A stretch of DNA of 64,000 nucleotides from assembly GCF_009914755.1 (NCBI RefSeq), contig NC_060932.1, one strand, 5' to 3'. Of the stretch, positions 33,229 to 59,679 are shown piece after piece. This DNA comes from the human T2T-CHM13v2.0 reference genome, Homo sapiens. Each line of letters begins with the position of its first letter. Positions within the stretch are counted from its first letter, which is position 1. The notes beneath the pieces were generated by a model, which saw nothing but the letters and a program-made list of their open reading frames with translations, did not search any database and was not told the origin of the DNA. The translations under genes were made by a program, and so were the position numbers.

Positions 33229-35182
33229 ATAGTGTTACTGAAAGTGAAAAACTAGAAGGCATGTTTGCTAAATTCTAAATAGCTAATTCATTAAATTATG
33301 GTACAGCCATATAATGGAATGTTGTTATCCAAATCTAAAATAATAACGAACATCAATATCTACTGTAAAGAAAATGCCTATGTTATTTTTTAATTTTTTG
33401 GGGGGGTTAGGGGTACCTGTGCAGATTTGTTATATAGGTAAATTGCATGTCACAGGGGTTTGGTGCACAGATTATTTTGTTACCCAGGTAATAAGCATAG
33501 TGCCTGATGGATAGTTTTTTTATCCTTTCCTTCCTCCCACCCTCCAGCCTCAAGAGGGTCCCAATGTGTTTTTCCCTTCTTTGTGTCCATACGTACCCAA
33601 GGTTTAGCTCCCACTTATATGTGAGAACATGCAGTATTTAGTTTTCTGTTTCTGTGTTAGTTTCACTTAGGATTATGGCCTCCAGCTCTCTCCACGATGC
33701 TGTAAAGGACATGATTTCATAATCCCATTCTTTTTTTGGCTGTGTGGTATTCCATGGCATATGTATACCACACTTTCTTTATTCAGTCTAGCATTGATGG
33801 GCCTTTAGGTTGATTCTATGTCTTTGCTATTGTGAATAGTGCTGCAACAAAATATGTATTCATGTATTTTTATGGCAGAATGGTTTATATTCCTTTGGGA
33901 ATATACCCATTAATGGGATTGCTGGATCAAATGGTAATTCTGTTTTAAATTCTTTGAGAAATTGCCACACTGCTTTCCACAATGGCTGAAATAATCTACT
34001 TTCCCATCAATGGTGTATAAGCATTCCTTTTTCTCCACAGCCCTGCCAGCATGTTACTTTTTGACTTTTTAATAATAGCCATTCTGACTGGTGTGAGATG
34101 GTATCTTATTGTAGTTTTGATTTGCATTTCTGTAATGATTACTGATATTGAGCATTTTTTCATATGCTTGTTGACCATGTGTAGGTCTTCTTTTGAGAAG
34201 TGTCTGCTCATGTCCTTTGCCCATGTTTTAATGGGGTTGCTTGTTTTTTGCTTGTTGATTTGTTTAAGTTACTTACAGTTTCCGGATATTAGACCTTTGT
34301 CAGATGCATAGTTTGCAAATATTTTCTCCCATTCTGTAGTTCATCTTTTACTCTGTTGTTAGTTTCTTTTGTGGTCCAAAAGCTCTTTCATTTAATTAGG
34401 TCCCTGTCAATTTTTTTGTTGTTGCAATTGCTTTCAGAGTCTTCATCACAAAACCATCTCCAGAGTCTATGTCCAGAATGGTGTTTCCTAGGTTATCTTC
34501 CAGGGTTTTTATAGTTTCAGGTTTTACATTTAAGTCTTTAATCCATTTTCAGTTGATTTTTGCATATGGTGTTAGGAAGGGGTCTAGCTTCAATCTTCCA
34601 CATATGCCTAGCCAGTTATCCCAGCATCATTTATTGAACAGGGAGTCCTTTCCCCACTGCTCATTCTTGTTGACTTTGTTGAAGATCAGATTGTTGTAAG
34701 AGTGTGCCTTTACTTCTGGGCTCTTTATTCTGTGCCATTGGTCTATGTGTCTGCATTTGTACCAGTACCATGCTTTTTTTTTTGTTACTGTAGCCTTGTG
34801 GTATAATTTGAAGTCAGTTTGAAATCAGGTAATGTGATGCCTGAAGCTTTGTTCTTTTTACTTAGGATTGCCTTGGCTATTTCAGCTCTTTTTTGGTTCC
34901 ACACGAATTTTTAAATAGTTTTTTCTAAATCTGCAAAGAATGTCATTGGTAATCAGATAGGGATGGCACTGAATCTGTAAATTGCTTTGGGAAGCATGGC
35001 CACTTTAACAATATTGATTCTTCCTATCCATGAGTATGAAATGTTTTTCCATTTGTTTGCGTCAGCTCTCATTTCTTTGAGCAGTGTTTTGTAATTCTCA
35101 TTGTACAGATCTTTCACCTCCCTGATTAGCTGTATTCCTGGGCATTTTACTCATTTTGTGGCTATTGTGAATGAGATTGCAT

Positions 35183-35472
35183 TTTTGTTTTGTTGAGACA
35201 CGGTCTTGCTCTGTCACCCAGGTTGGAGCACAGAGTGATCGTGGCTCACTGCAGCCTCAAGCTCCTGGGCCCAAGTGATCCTCCCACCTCAACCTCCCAA
35301 ATAGCTGGAACTACAGGTGTGTGTCACCATGCATAGCTAACTTTTATATTTTTAGGAACAAGTTCTTGCTACGTTCAGCCTAGGCTGGTCTCAAACTCTT
35401 GGGTTCTAGTGATCCTCCTGCCTTGGCTTGCCAAAGTGCTGGGATTACAGGCCTGAGCCACTGCACCTGGCC
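35183..35472 (-). mobile_element. AluJ inside L1
   Basis: Dimer; flanks gattgcattttt / gattgtgttttt. Confidence 0.88.
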
Positions 35473-36099
35473 TGGGATTGTGTTTTTGATTTGGCTCTCA
35501 GCTTGGACGTTGTTGGTGTATAGAAATGCTACTAATTTTTATCCATTTGTTTTGTACCCTGAAACTTTGCTGAAGTTGTTAACCAGACCTAGGAGCTTTT
35601 GGGGAGGGACCATGGAGTTTTCTGGGTATAGAATCATATTGTCTGCAAAGAGAGATAGTTTGACTTCCTCTATTCCTAGTTGAATGCCTTTTATTTATTT
35701 CTCTTGGTCAACTGCTCTGGCTAGGGCTTCCAATACTATGTTGAATAAGAGTAGTGACAGTAGGCATCCTTGTCTTGTTCTGGTTCTCAAGGGGAATGGT
35801 TCCAGCTCTTGCCAGTTCAGTAAGATGTCAGCTGTGGGTTTGTCCTAGATAGCTCTTATTATTTTCAGGTATGTTCCTTCAAGGCCTAATTTGTTGAGGG
35901 TTTTAACATGATGGGATGTTGAAAATTTTATTAAAAGCCTTTTCTGCATCCATTGAGATAATCACATGGTTTTTGTTTTTAGTTCTGATTATGTGTTGAA
36001 TAACATTTATTGATTTGCATATGTTGAACCAACCTTTCTTCCCAGGGATAAGCCTACTTGATCATGATGGATTCACTTTTTGATATGCTGCTGAATTCA

Positions 36100-36192
<93 letters not shown>

Positions 36193-36220
36193 TCATATCA
36201 GAATGATGCTGGCCTCATAG

Positions 36221-36576
<356 letters not shown>

Positions 36577-39379
36577 ACCAGCTCTTCTTTACACAGCTGA
36601 TAGAAGTTGGCTATGAAACTCTCTGGTCTTGGGCTTCTTGTTGGCAGGATTTTTATTACTAATTCAATGTCAGAACTCATTATTGGTCTGTTCAGGGATT
36701 TAATTTATTCCTGGTTCAATCTTGGGAGGTTGTATGTTTCCAGGAATTTATACATTTTTTCTAGGTTTTCTAGTTTGTGAGCATAGAGGTGTTCATAGTC
36801 ATCTGCGAGATTTTTTTGTATTTTTGTGGTCGGTGGTAATATCCTCTTTGACATTTCTACATGTGTTTTTTCAGATCTTCTCTTTTTTCTTTATTAATCT
36901 AGCTAGTTATCTATCAATCTTCTTTATCCATTCAAATAACAAAGTCCTGGATTCATTGATCTTTTGTATGCATCTCAATTTCCTTCAGTTCAGCTCTGAT
37001 TTTGGTTAATTTTTTTGGCTTCTGCTAGCTTTGGGGTTGGTTTGATTTTGGTCTCCAGTTCTTCTGGTGTGTTGTTATATTGTTAATTTGAGATCTTTCT
37101 AACTTTTTAATATGGGCCTTTAGCACCATTAACTTCCCTCTTAAAATTGCTTCAGCTGTGTCCCAGTGATTCTGGTACGTTGTATCTTTGCTCTCATTAT
37201 TTTCAAAGGATTTCTTGATTTCTGCCTTAATTTCATTGTTTACCCAAAAGTCATTCAGGAGCAGGTTATTTAATTTCCATGTAACTGGTTTTGATCAATT
37301 TTCTTAATGTTGATTTCTATTTTTATTGTGGTCTGAGAGTGTGTTTGGTATGATTTTGCTTTTTGAATTTGCCAAGGATTGTTTTATGGCCAATTGTGTA
37401 GCTGATTTTAGAGTATGTGCCATGTGCAGATAAGAAGAATGTATATTCTTTTGTTTTTGAGTGAGAGTTCTGTACATGTCTGTTAGGCCCATTTGGTCAA
37501 ATGTCAAGTTCAGATCCCTAATATCTTTGTTAGTTTTCTACCTCAATTATCTGTCTAATACTGTCAGTAGGGTGTCAAAACCTCCCACAATTATAGTGTC
37601 ATTATCTGTCTCTTTGTAGGTCTCTGAGAACTTGCTTTATGAATCTGGTTGCTTCAGTATTGGGTGCACATATATTTAGAATAGTTAGGTCTTCTTGTTG
37701 AATTGAACCATTTACCATTATGTAATGCCCTTCTTTGTCTTTTTTATCATTGCTGGTTTGAAGTCTGCAATTAGAATAGCAACCCCTGCTTTTTTCTGTT
37801 TTCCATTCTCTTGGTAGATTTTTCTCCATCTTGCTATGTTTAGTTTATGGGTGTCATTGCATGTGAGGCAGGTCTCTTATAGGCAGCATAGAATTGGGTC
37901 TTGCTTCTGTATCCAACTTGCCAGTCTGTTGCATTTTACGTGGGGCATTTAGCCCATTACATTCAAATTTAATATTGATATGTGCAGATTTGATCCTGTC
38001 ATCATGTTGTTAGCTGGTTTTTATGCAGACTTCATTGTGTGGCTACTCTATAGTGTCAGTGGTCTATGTTCCTAAATGTGTTTTTGTGGTGGCTGGTGAC
38101 AGTCTTTCTTTTCCATATTTAACACTCCCTCAAGGACCTCTTGTAAGGTAGGTCTGGTGGTAACAAATTCCATTTGCATCTGTTTGTCTGAAAAGGATCT
38201 TATTTCTCCTTCACTTATGAAGCTTAGTTGGCTGGATATGAAATCCTTGGTTGGAATTTCTTTTCTTTAAGAATGCTGAATGTGGGACCCCAATCTCTTT
38301 TGGCTTATAAGGTTTCTGCTGAAAAGTCTGCTGTTAGCCCAATAGGGTTCCCTTTGTGAGTTACCTACCCCTTCTCTCTAGCTGCCTTTAACATTTTTTC
38401 TTTCATTTCAATCTTGGAGCATCTGATGACTGTGTGTCTTGGGAATGGTCATCTCGTATAATATCTCCCAGGGATTATCTGCTCTTCCTGGATTTGAATG
38501 TTGACCTCTCTAGCAAAGTTGGGAGAAATCTTCATGGAAGATATCCTCAAATATGTTTTCCAAGTTGCTTGCTTTCTGTCCCTCTCTTTCAGGGACACCA
38601 AGGAGACATGAATTGGGTCTCTTTACATAATCCTATATTTCTCAGAGGTTTTTTTTCATTCTTCTTTATTGTTTTTTTCTTTATTTTTGTCTGACTGCGT
38701 TATTTTGGAGAACTAGTCTTCAAGCTCTGAGATTCTTTCCTCAGCTTGGTCAAGCCTGCTGTTAATACTTGCAATTGTACTACAAAATTCTTAAAGTGAG
38801 TTTTTTGGCTCTATCAGTTTAGTTTGATTCTTTCTTAAAATGGCCGTTTTATCCTTTATCACCTGTATCGCTTTATTGGATTGCTTGGATTCCTTGGATT
38901 GGCTTTCAACTTTCTCCTGGATGTCAATGATCTTTGTTCCTATACATATTCTGATTTTATTTCTGATACTTCAGCCATTTCAGCCTAGTTAAGAACAATT
39001 CCTTAAGAACTAGTACAGAGGTAAGAAGACACTGTCTTTTAGAGTTGCTAAAGTTCTTGCACTGGTTCTTTCTCATCTATGTGGACTGATGTTCCTTCAG
39101 TCTTTGAGGTTGCTGTCCTTTGGATGGTCTGTTTAAAAATTTTGTCTCTTTTGATGCCATCAGGGGCTTGATCATGGTGTAAGGTAGGCTCAGTCAACTG
39201 GCTTCAATTCTAGACCACTCCTGGATCTTGGAGGAGCCCCCCTTCCAATTTCTGTCTCCATGCCTGAGTTTCTTTTGTTGGGTGTTCTGGTCCACAGAGT
39301 TCCCTCAGACAGGGGCCACATTTGGCAGAAAGGCCATATCCTTGCCAGGTCAGCCCTAATTGACTATTGAAGTGCTTTA

Positions 39380-40140
39380 CAGGGGAACACACGGTTGTAC
39401 CTGCCTGCAGAGTTCAAGCAGAAGCAGGACCACTGGGCTGGAAACTACAGTGGGTGTGGCCCATCTGGCTATAAAAGGCAGGGTTTGGTGGAGTTGCCTG
39501 CCCTGGACTTCATGTGTTTCCAGGGCAACACAAGGCTGTGCCTCTCAGAAAATTCAGGCAGAAATAGGACCACTGGGCTAGAAGATCTAATAGGTGTTGC
39601 TCACCCGGCTACCAGTGGTGAGAGTGAGTGGGGTTGACCACCCTGCAGTCCAGGTGCTTCCTGGGACAAGAGGCTGCACCCACTGACTGAGTTCACACAG
39701 AAACAGGACCACTGGGATGGAAGCTGTAGCAGGCATTGCCTACCTTGCTGCCGGTGGCAGGGCGGTGGGGTTGCCCACTCTGCAATCTGGGTGCTTCCTG
39801 GGACAACAGGAAGCTGCTCCTGCCAGCTGAGTTCACACAGAAGTGGGAATGCTGGGCCTGGAGCTCTAGCCGGTATTGTCTGCCTGGCTACCTGTAGCAG
39901 TCATGGGTGGAGTCACATGACCTGCCATTCAGGTGCTTCCTGGTACAACAGGAGGCTGTGCCCTCCAGCTGAATTCACACAGAAGCAGGACTACTGGGCT
40001 GGGAGCTCTACATATGATGCCTGCCTGGCTATCAGTGACAGGGGCGGGTTCACTGCTGTGTGGGTGCTTCCTGGGACAGCAGGAGGCTGCAGCTGCTGGC
40101 TGAGTTGAGGCAGCTATGGGACTCCTGGGCCAGAATCTGG
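39380..40140. repeat. Degenerate ~140-bp tandem array (about 6 units) in an L1 5'UTR
   Basis: Anchor gga(c/a)..ctggg at 39427, 39567, 39706, 39846, 39988, 40119; recurrent ggtgcttcctgg.aca and ttcacacagaa. Confidence 0.85.
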
Positions 40141-41403
40141 TGCCAAGCCTTGTCCAATGAGGGGGTGTTGAGCAATCATACTGCTCCCAGGCATCATGAC
40201 TATGGCCTCTATTGAATCTATGGCTCTGGTGCTGATCTGCTCCAGGGCCCAAGGCTTGCAGAGGTCCCCCTGTACTCACGAGTTGCTCCCACAAAACATT
40301 TGGGTTGCTCACTGCCTCACTCTAGAAGCATGGTGGGAGTATGGGAGTAGGGGGCAGGGTGATTATCTCATTCCCAGTGTTTCACAGGTCCCTGCAGACA
40401 GTGTGAATCCCGAGGGAAGATCTCAGTCATTTGCCCTTTCCCATGTTAGAGAGGTTCTCCTGGCTCCAAGCTGACCCAGAAAGGCTGGTGCACAGCTTTG
40501 CTCCTCTCTGCTCTCTATGTCCCCCTTCTGCCTTGATGGATCCCAAAGTGTTTTCTCAGATGATCCACCTGCAGAGTCAGTGTTTACTTGCCCTTTTGTT
40601 TTCTCTCCTTGAGAGTAGCACACATGAGCGCTTCTAGTCCATTATCTTTAAGTTTCCACATTGTTTAAGGATTACAAAACAATATGTATAATATAATCAT
40701 ATTTTTATATATGCATAGAAAAATATGGAAAGCACACATCAAAGTGTTAATAAGAATGTCAGCAATTGGAGAAGCAGGGAGCATTAGGCTCTCATTCTCT
40801 CACAATAACACTAAGTTAACAACAATAAACAGACCAGAACACCTTCATGAGAACTTTGGAGACCAGACAAGAATATTATAGCACCCTGACGAACATAAAA
40901 CCAATAAGGAATTCCAGCAAAAAAGGATAGGAACATTTTGTACACCCATCCTTGTCATTTCCCGATCCAGCCTAGCATAGCACAACCAAGAGAAAACCTC
41001 CCACACCAAGGATTCTTCCTCAGGACCGAAACAAAAGGGTAGACCAAACATCCACAGCTCTGGTTAATCTGAGGGATGCCTGAAGAACTGCTATCTGTCT
41101 TGCCTGACTCAGATCACTGATGGGACCGGCGACTTTGGAAGCTGCTGAGGACAGGATAACCATGATGTGTTAGAGGAGCAGTTCCTCAAGCAGACACAAG
41201 GCAAAGAAAGATACTACAGGCTTCTGAGAAAAAGCAGAGATATGCTTCTTAGGGAACTGTAGATGACAAAAAGTACACACAAACGCAGAGAAGATACATC
41301 CTCAGAAAAGGTTTGAAAGGTCCTAGAGAGAGTCTGTATTAGGGTTGATCAGTCAAGGTCTTCTCCTACATGAAGTCAGTTCATAGAGACTTGGAGAAGT
41401 CAC

Positions 41404-41439
41404 GTTTGTTTGTTTGTTTGTTTGTTTGTTTGTTTGTTT
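41404..41439. repeat. (GTTT)9 microsatellite
   Basis: Read directly. Confidence 0.95.
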
Positions 41440-41453
41440 CAAATACCGAAGTC

Positions 41454-44770
<3,317 letters not shown>

Positions 44771-45069
44771 TCAAATACCCAAGTCTTAATCCCTTTTCCC
44801 CCATTCCCCACCAAAGATCACAAGGCATACAAAAAGAAACATGAGAAATATGGAATATGGCCCAATCCAAGGAATAAAATGAAAGTCCAGAAACCAACCC
44901 TAAAGAAACATATATCCATGAGATGTCTGACAAAGAATGTAAAATTACTGTCATCAGATACTCAATGAGCCAAAAGAGAACACAGCTAGACAACTTAATA
45001 AAATCAGTAAAATGATGCATAAACAAAATGAGAATATCAAATTTTAAAAAGTATTTAAAAATACCAAAA

Positions 45070-45208
45070 GGGAGTTTCAGATTTGCAAGATTAAAAAGTT
45101 CTGGAGATCTGTTTGACAACAACGTGAATGTGTTTATTAGTACTAAACCATACACTTAAAAATGGTAAAGATGGTAAATTTTATGTTGTGTGTTTTTGAA
45201 TAAAAAGT
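45070..45208 (+). mobile_element. L1MA/MB 3' end
   Basis: aaaagttctggagatctg...acacttaaaaatggtaaagatggtaaattttatg. Confidence 0.75.
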
Positions 45209-45750
45209 GAATATAAATTTTTAAATATTGATAAGATTTCTCTCTGGATCATGGAATTAAATGTATACTTTATTTTTACTTTATAATTTTTTGTATTGTC
45301 TGAATTCATTTCTATTAATTTGTATTATTTTAATACAAAAAATAAAGCTATGTTTATTTTGAGAAAGAGTTTAATAAAGAAAAAATAGAAATGAAAAAAT
45401 GGAAAAATAAAAGCAAGGCTCCAGGGCAAAGATGCTGATAGATTTGATGGATTCATTGGGTTGGATGTTTAAGCTGAATTGATGGGCTCTGGCCACCTGA
45501 TTCTCATGCTGTAAATAAAGACTCCTCTCGAAGAAGGGAATACATTATGAATGAGGCAGCCACTCCAATTTTTTAATATTATGCAGTTTCAGCAAGTTTA
45601 TCAACACCTGAGAACAACCCTTTGGTTCCCAGGTTTAGACCAGAAATTCTAATTATAGCTACACATTAGAAACATTTGCAACCTTAAAAAAAATCCTTAC
45701 CCTGCCAAGATTATGATTTAACTAATTGGGGGTAGAGCCCGGGCATATTA

Positions 45751-46109
<359 letters not shown>

Positions 46110-46294
46110 TCACCCCTACCAAGGTATTAAAAAAAAAAAATCTAAGCCCAGAATGAGAATTCTTGCTCTGGAATTAGCTACTATATGCCCTCGGACTGAG
46201 GTTCTCAAACATGGAGAACATGTTAGAAATGCAGATTCCTTGGCTGTAACCCAGACATTCTGATTTAGGAGGATAAGGTCTAGGAATCTGAATT

Positions 46295-46710
46295 ATTTTT
46301 TACTTTTATTTTAGGTTGGGAGTACATGTCCAGGTTTGTTACACAGGTAAACTCCTATCACAGAAGTTTATTGTACAGCTTATGTTGTCACACAGGTCCT
46401 AAGCATAGTACCCAATAGTTATTTTTTCTGCTCATCTCCCTCCTCCTACCCTCCACCCTCAAGCAGGCCCCAGTGTCTGTTGTTCCCCTTTTTGTGTTTG
46501 TTTGCAGGGTCTCATCATCCAGCTCCCACTTATAAGTAAGAACATGTGGTATTTGGTTTTCTGTTCCTGTGTTTGTTTGCTAAGGATAACGGCCTCCAGC
46601 ACCATCCATGTTCCAGCAAAAGACATAATCTCATTCTCTTTTACAGCCACATAGTATTCCATGGTATAAATGTACCACATTTTCTTTATACAATCTGTCA
46701 TTGATAGGCC
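46295..46710 (-). mobile_element. L1PA13-16-type 3' fragment inside a MER5-like relic
   Basis: 3'UTR and ORF2 C-terminus; TSD aggaatctgaatt at 46282 and 46726. Confidence 0.88.
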
Positions 46711-47437
46711 TTTATTTTTTGGTAGAGGAATCTGAATTTTTAACAATCACATCCCAGGTAATCCTGGTAAACATAACACAATAGCTACTGGGCTAGAAAA
46801 AGGCCTTCTAAGAAAGGACTGTACAGCTCACAACATACTTACAGTAAACAGTTTAGTATGCCTGGAATTAGTGCAGTCCCTAAAAAGAGACCATCCGAAG
46901 TATTTGTACCAAGATACTAATACTGAAAAATATTTAGATTTCAAGAAACTACTCCAGCAGAGGCAATAACAACACTGCCCACAGAGTGCCATAGGATGGA
47001 TGTTTTTTATTTTATTATGCAAGCAAATAACTTAAGGATACTAGAGCAAGCTGGCCCCAGAATACCACAATGAGTGGAAGAGTTGCTACTAACCAGAACA
47101 CTGCCTTCTAGTATAAAGAAAATGCCTTGCTTGTTCCAGCTGCTACTCAAATAGAGTGGTTTCCCCTTTTAACGACTCTTCTCTGTTACCTCCAAAAGGC
47201 TAACAAGCTAAGAAAGAAAGCAATAGTCCTATGACCTAATGAAAAACTTGAAATATGCTAAGAATTGGATGAGGAGTAGGTTAGAAACTCATTTCTTAGG
47301 AAATTCTTCTTCTAGAATCTTTCAGTGCTGAGTCTTTTCTGGAAAAACAGCTTTAAAAGAAAATTATGGTATACTGGCTTCCCAGTGTACTCCATTGACC
47401 CAAGCTCCTGTTAGTTTCCATCAAGAACACTCAGAGG

Positions 47438-53629
<6,192 letters not shown>

Positions 53630-54034
53630 AAGAAAACTCAGAGGGAAAAATGAGGAAGATATGGTGAAAGAAGCAGGAAATCTCGAGAGTGTCTAGAAAA
53701 TTAAAAAGATTTCATATTGATGGCGGCAACTAGCCACACACATTCATATTTTAGGTGGTAAATAAGTGGAATGGTGGTCCACAATGGAGAGGTATAGTTC
53801 CCTTTCCTTCCTCCAACCTCAGGCACAAACATATCACAAAGCTGAAGCTTTCTGATTCCTTTGATTGTCTAAAATCAAAATTAAAAGAAATCATCAGGAT
53901 AACAACATGAGCTGTGCTGGACCTTTTCCTGGTCCCTTCTTTGCTTTTGGGAGGTCATGTTCGGTCCATCTGAGGGACAGTGAGGGAATGTTTCCTTGAG
54001 GTTAGATGTCCAGCATGTGAGTCTCTAATATTTT

Positions 54035-54200
54035 CTTTTTCTTTTTTTTTTCTACTGAGACAAAGTCTCACTCTGTCACCCAGGCTGGAGTGCAGCAGCT
54101 CAGTCACAGCTCACTGTAGCCTCAAACTCCTGAGCTCAAGTGATCCTCCCACCTCAGCCTCAAGTAGTGGGAATTACAGGCTCACACCACTTTGACCACT
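54035..54200 (-). mobile_element. Alu monomer (FRAM or AluJ right arm)
   Basis: TSD gtgagtctctaa(t/c)attt at ~54017 and ~54206. Confidence 0.85.
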
Positions 54201-54224
54201 AACAGGTGAGTCTCTAACATTTTT

Positions 54225-54395
54225 AGCTCAAATTCCAACTCTGCCATTTCCCAATGTGTGACCTTGGGAAACTTGCTAATCCTCTGTAAATCTCAGGTCT
54301 GTCATCTATAAAACGGGACTATGGACAGATCACAGCAGTTTTAATGTGAGGATTCAATAAGATCATACATGTTAAACTGCTATCATGGTGCCTAC
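54225..54395 (+). mobile_element. MIR
   Basis: tcaaattccaactctgccatt...tgtgtgaccttggg...tcatctataaaacggg...gtgaggatt. Confidence 0.75.
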
Positions 54396-54471
54396 ATCAA
54401 AACAGCCACAGGACGCTTAGGGTGTCACTTCGCCAGCTGGAAACCTCTGTGGCCCACAGTGCCTCTGCTTG

Positions 54472-56241
<1,770 letters not shown>

Positions 56242-56719
56242 CTTTTGATTGTGTCCACTGGGCTCATTCTGCCCATTCTGCCTGGCAGGCTGCACTCGGC
56301 TCCTGCTACCAGCCTGGATCTCACGCCTGCCAAGGGCATGGAGTGGCAAGGGGTGTGCGAGGGAGCAAGTGCAGGTTCTGGTCACTGCACACAGCCAGGT
56401 GCACCTGCTGCAGTGGGGTGGACAGCTCCAGACTCCGGCTCAGGTGCCAGCTGTGTGTAAGGCTGTGGCTAGACTAGCTGTACCACAAGCGGCTTCCACT
56501 GTGGGCACTGGGGAATGCTCTGGCACCCAAGAGCTCGGAGATGCCAGGAACTACAGAGCCCCAAATAGGGTGTTACAGTGTGTCAGAGCCCAGTCTCAGG
56601 GAGCCCTAAGGTCTGGACTCCTAGAATGGCTGCAGCTCTTTTCTCCTTCTTGCCACCTGCAGCATTATCATTGGCCAGAGAATGATATTTTCTATAAAGA
56701 TTTGCCTCAGGAGGTGGGA

Positions 56720-57160
56720 TCTGTACCCACCAGGGTCCCAGCAAATGTCACACTCAAAAGGAGTGATGGAAGAGAAATCAATGACGGGTCTCTTTACCAG
56801 GGTGTGGGCAGGGTTAAGAGTAACCAAAGAAAACAAGTAAAGCACCTTCAGGCTTGTAGCAGAAATCATTACCACCCGGAGGCCTGAAGGGGCCAAAGGA
56901 AAAAGTGTCCCCACCTCTAAGAAAGGGTCGCCAGCAAGAGGTGTGGCTTAACAGAAATTCAGAGACTCATGGCTGGGCACAGAGGAGCCGGGGGTGAGGG
57001 GGAATGAATCAGCTGACCTTCCTCTCCTACCACACCCCAATCTCCTGCTGATGCATTCTATTGGTCAAAATGGTCAAAACTCCTCCAGAAGCCAGGGAAA
57101 GGGAGTGGCTTTCCAGAACAGAGTTCAGGCAGGGAAGTGTGGAGTACGAGACAAATGGAG
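56720..57160 (-). mobile_element. ERVL LTR (LTR41-like)
   Basis: cagggtcccagca...cacactcaaa...ggtgtgggcagggt...ttaccaccc...aggcctgaaggggc. Confidence 0.55.
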
Positions 57161-57349
57161 GGTCTGGCAGAGGTGCGGGCATTCTCCTTGACAGAAGACA
57201 GGCACCCTTCTTCACTAAAATAAGATGAGTGGAAAATGTCTGAGTAGAGACAGAGACATTCGAGGGTGGTAGGATAGGAAGCTGAGTGAGTTCAAACATG
57301 AGGAAGGGATGGAGGGGAACATCATAGAAGTTAAAGAGTTTGTATCAGC

Positions 57350-57895
57350 TACGACAGCATCCCCATACTGGACCTAGTGTTGAAATGCCACAGCAAACTC
57401 AAGGGGTGTTCAAGGAAAGCACAGTGACACTGGGTATCTTTCAGACACCACATGAATTACAAGCTTGATATAGTTGACAGTTTCAATGTCAGATCATGCT
57501 ATTTCCTTTCAATGGCATTATATCTTTGCAAGGCTGAGTTTTCTACAATTGTTGAGAAAGCAAGTGCCATGGGAAAATCAATGAGAACAAGAAATGACAG
57601 CGGGGCATCCAATCATATTCCAAGGTCTGAGAATTCGTGTGTAGCCCAACAGGCACACACAACCCATTGTGTTATTTCAGAATAAAATTAAAAATAGTAA
57701 TTTTTTCCAATTGATATGTAGTATTTTTTCAAATGGCTACTAAGTTGTTCAGGTATGAATACGTATTAAGTTGTTTAGACCTAACTATTTCATGAAAGGA
57801 GTTGTTAGGTTTTTGTTTTTTTGGCCTAGGGGTCCCATGAAAAATTTACTGAGATGCTAATGATACTGTGAAATCAGCAAGTTTGGAAACCTCAG
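57350..57895. mobile_element. hAT-Charlie relic (MER20B-like)
   Basis: atgaaaaatttactgagat...aagtttggaaacctc terminus; homologous to the 2520-3625 element. Confidence 0.65.
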
Positions 57896-58635
57896 AACTA
57901 AGGTGTTTTCAACTACACTAGGGGAAAAAAAAGCTCTACTCTTTTCAACAAATGGTGCTAGGAGAATTGGCTATCCATATGCAAAAGAATGAAGCTGAGC
58001 CTGCACTTATACTATATGCAAAACTTAACTCAAAATGGATCGAAGATTTAAACGTGATAGCTGAAACTATAAAACCCTTGGAAAAAAATCATTGGGAGAA
58101 AGAATCATGACATTGGAATTGGAAATAATTTCTTGGCTACAACACTAAATACACAGGCAACACAAAGAAAAAATATATAGGATTCCATTAAAATAAAAAT
58201 TTGTGCATCAGAAGACACTAACAACAGACTAAAAAGGCAACCCAAAAGAGGGAAAATATATTTGCAAATAATATATCTTTTAAGGAGTTAATATCTAGAA
58301 TACATAAAGAACTCCCACAACTCAACAACAACAAAGAACCTAACGATCCAACTCAAAAATGGGTAAAGGACTTGGATATTTCTCCAAAGATATGCAAATA
58401 GTCCTTAAGCACATGAATAGAGTTCAACATCACTAGGCATTAGGGAAATGCAAATCAAAACCACATGTGATGGCACCTTCAATCTTACTACTTCCATGTT
58501 AGTGGGCTATTATCCAAAAACAGAAAGTTAGAATTGTTGGAGAGGATATGGAGAAATTTGCTCATTGCTGGTGAGAAAGTGAAATGACGCAGCCACTATG
58601 GAAGTTAATATAGTGGTTATTCAAAAAACTAAACA

Positions 58636-58909
<274 letters not shown>

Positions 58910-59089
58910 TTAAACATAGGGTTACCATATGATCCACTAATTACAATTCTAGGTATATATGCAAAAGGGTTGAAAACAGGGACTCAAAGAGATATCTGTA
59001 CACCGATGTTCATAGCAATATTATTCACAGTAGCCAAAAGATGGAGGCAACCCAAGTGTCCATTGACAAGTAAATGGATAACAAAATGT

Positions 59090-59222
59090 TATATATATAT
59101 ATTTTTATATATATATATTTTTATATATATATTTATATATATATATATTTATATATATAGGAATTGGCAATAATTTCAATAATATAGTGATATATATATA
59201 TATACACACACACACATACACA
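59090..59222. repeat. (TA)n/(CA)n compound microsatellite
   Basis: Read directly. Confidence 0.9.
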
Positions 59223-59679
59223 ATGGAATATTATTCAGCCTTAAAAAGAAATAAAATTTGATGCATGCTACAACATGGATAAACCTTTAAAACATTATGC
59301 TAAGTAAAATAAGTCAGACACAAAAGAACAACTGTTGCATGATTACACTTACATGAGACACCTAGAACAGTCAAATTCATAGAGACAGAAAGTAGAATGA
59401 TGGTTACTAGGAGCCGAGGGGAGGGAGGAATGTAGAGTTATTAATTAATGGATAGGATTCCATTTGAGATGATGGAAATGTTCTGGGGATGGATAGTGGT
59501 GATGATTGCACAATGTGAATGTACTTAATGCCACTCACTTGTACACTTAAGATGGGTTAAAATGGTAAATTTAATACAAAATATATTTTACCACAATCTA
59601 AAACAAATTTTAAAAAGATCATAGCATATGCCATTTGGCAACTATCACAGTAATAATTGATTCAGACAAGAATCATCAA

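Noticed and set aside
39380-40140. CRISPR-like repeat-spacer array
   Set aside because: Whole units are homologous with no unique spacers, and it lies in a eukaryotic L1 5'UTR.
56249-56887. 212-aa ORF
   Set aside because: It runs across GC-rich MER52-like and LTR41-like repeats and has no recognisable domain.
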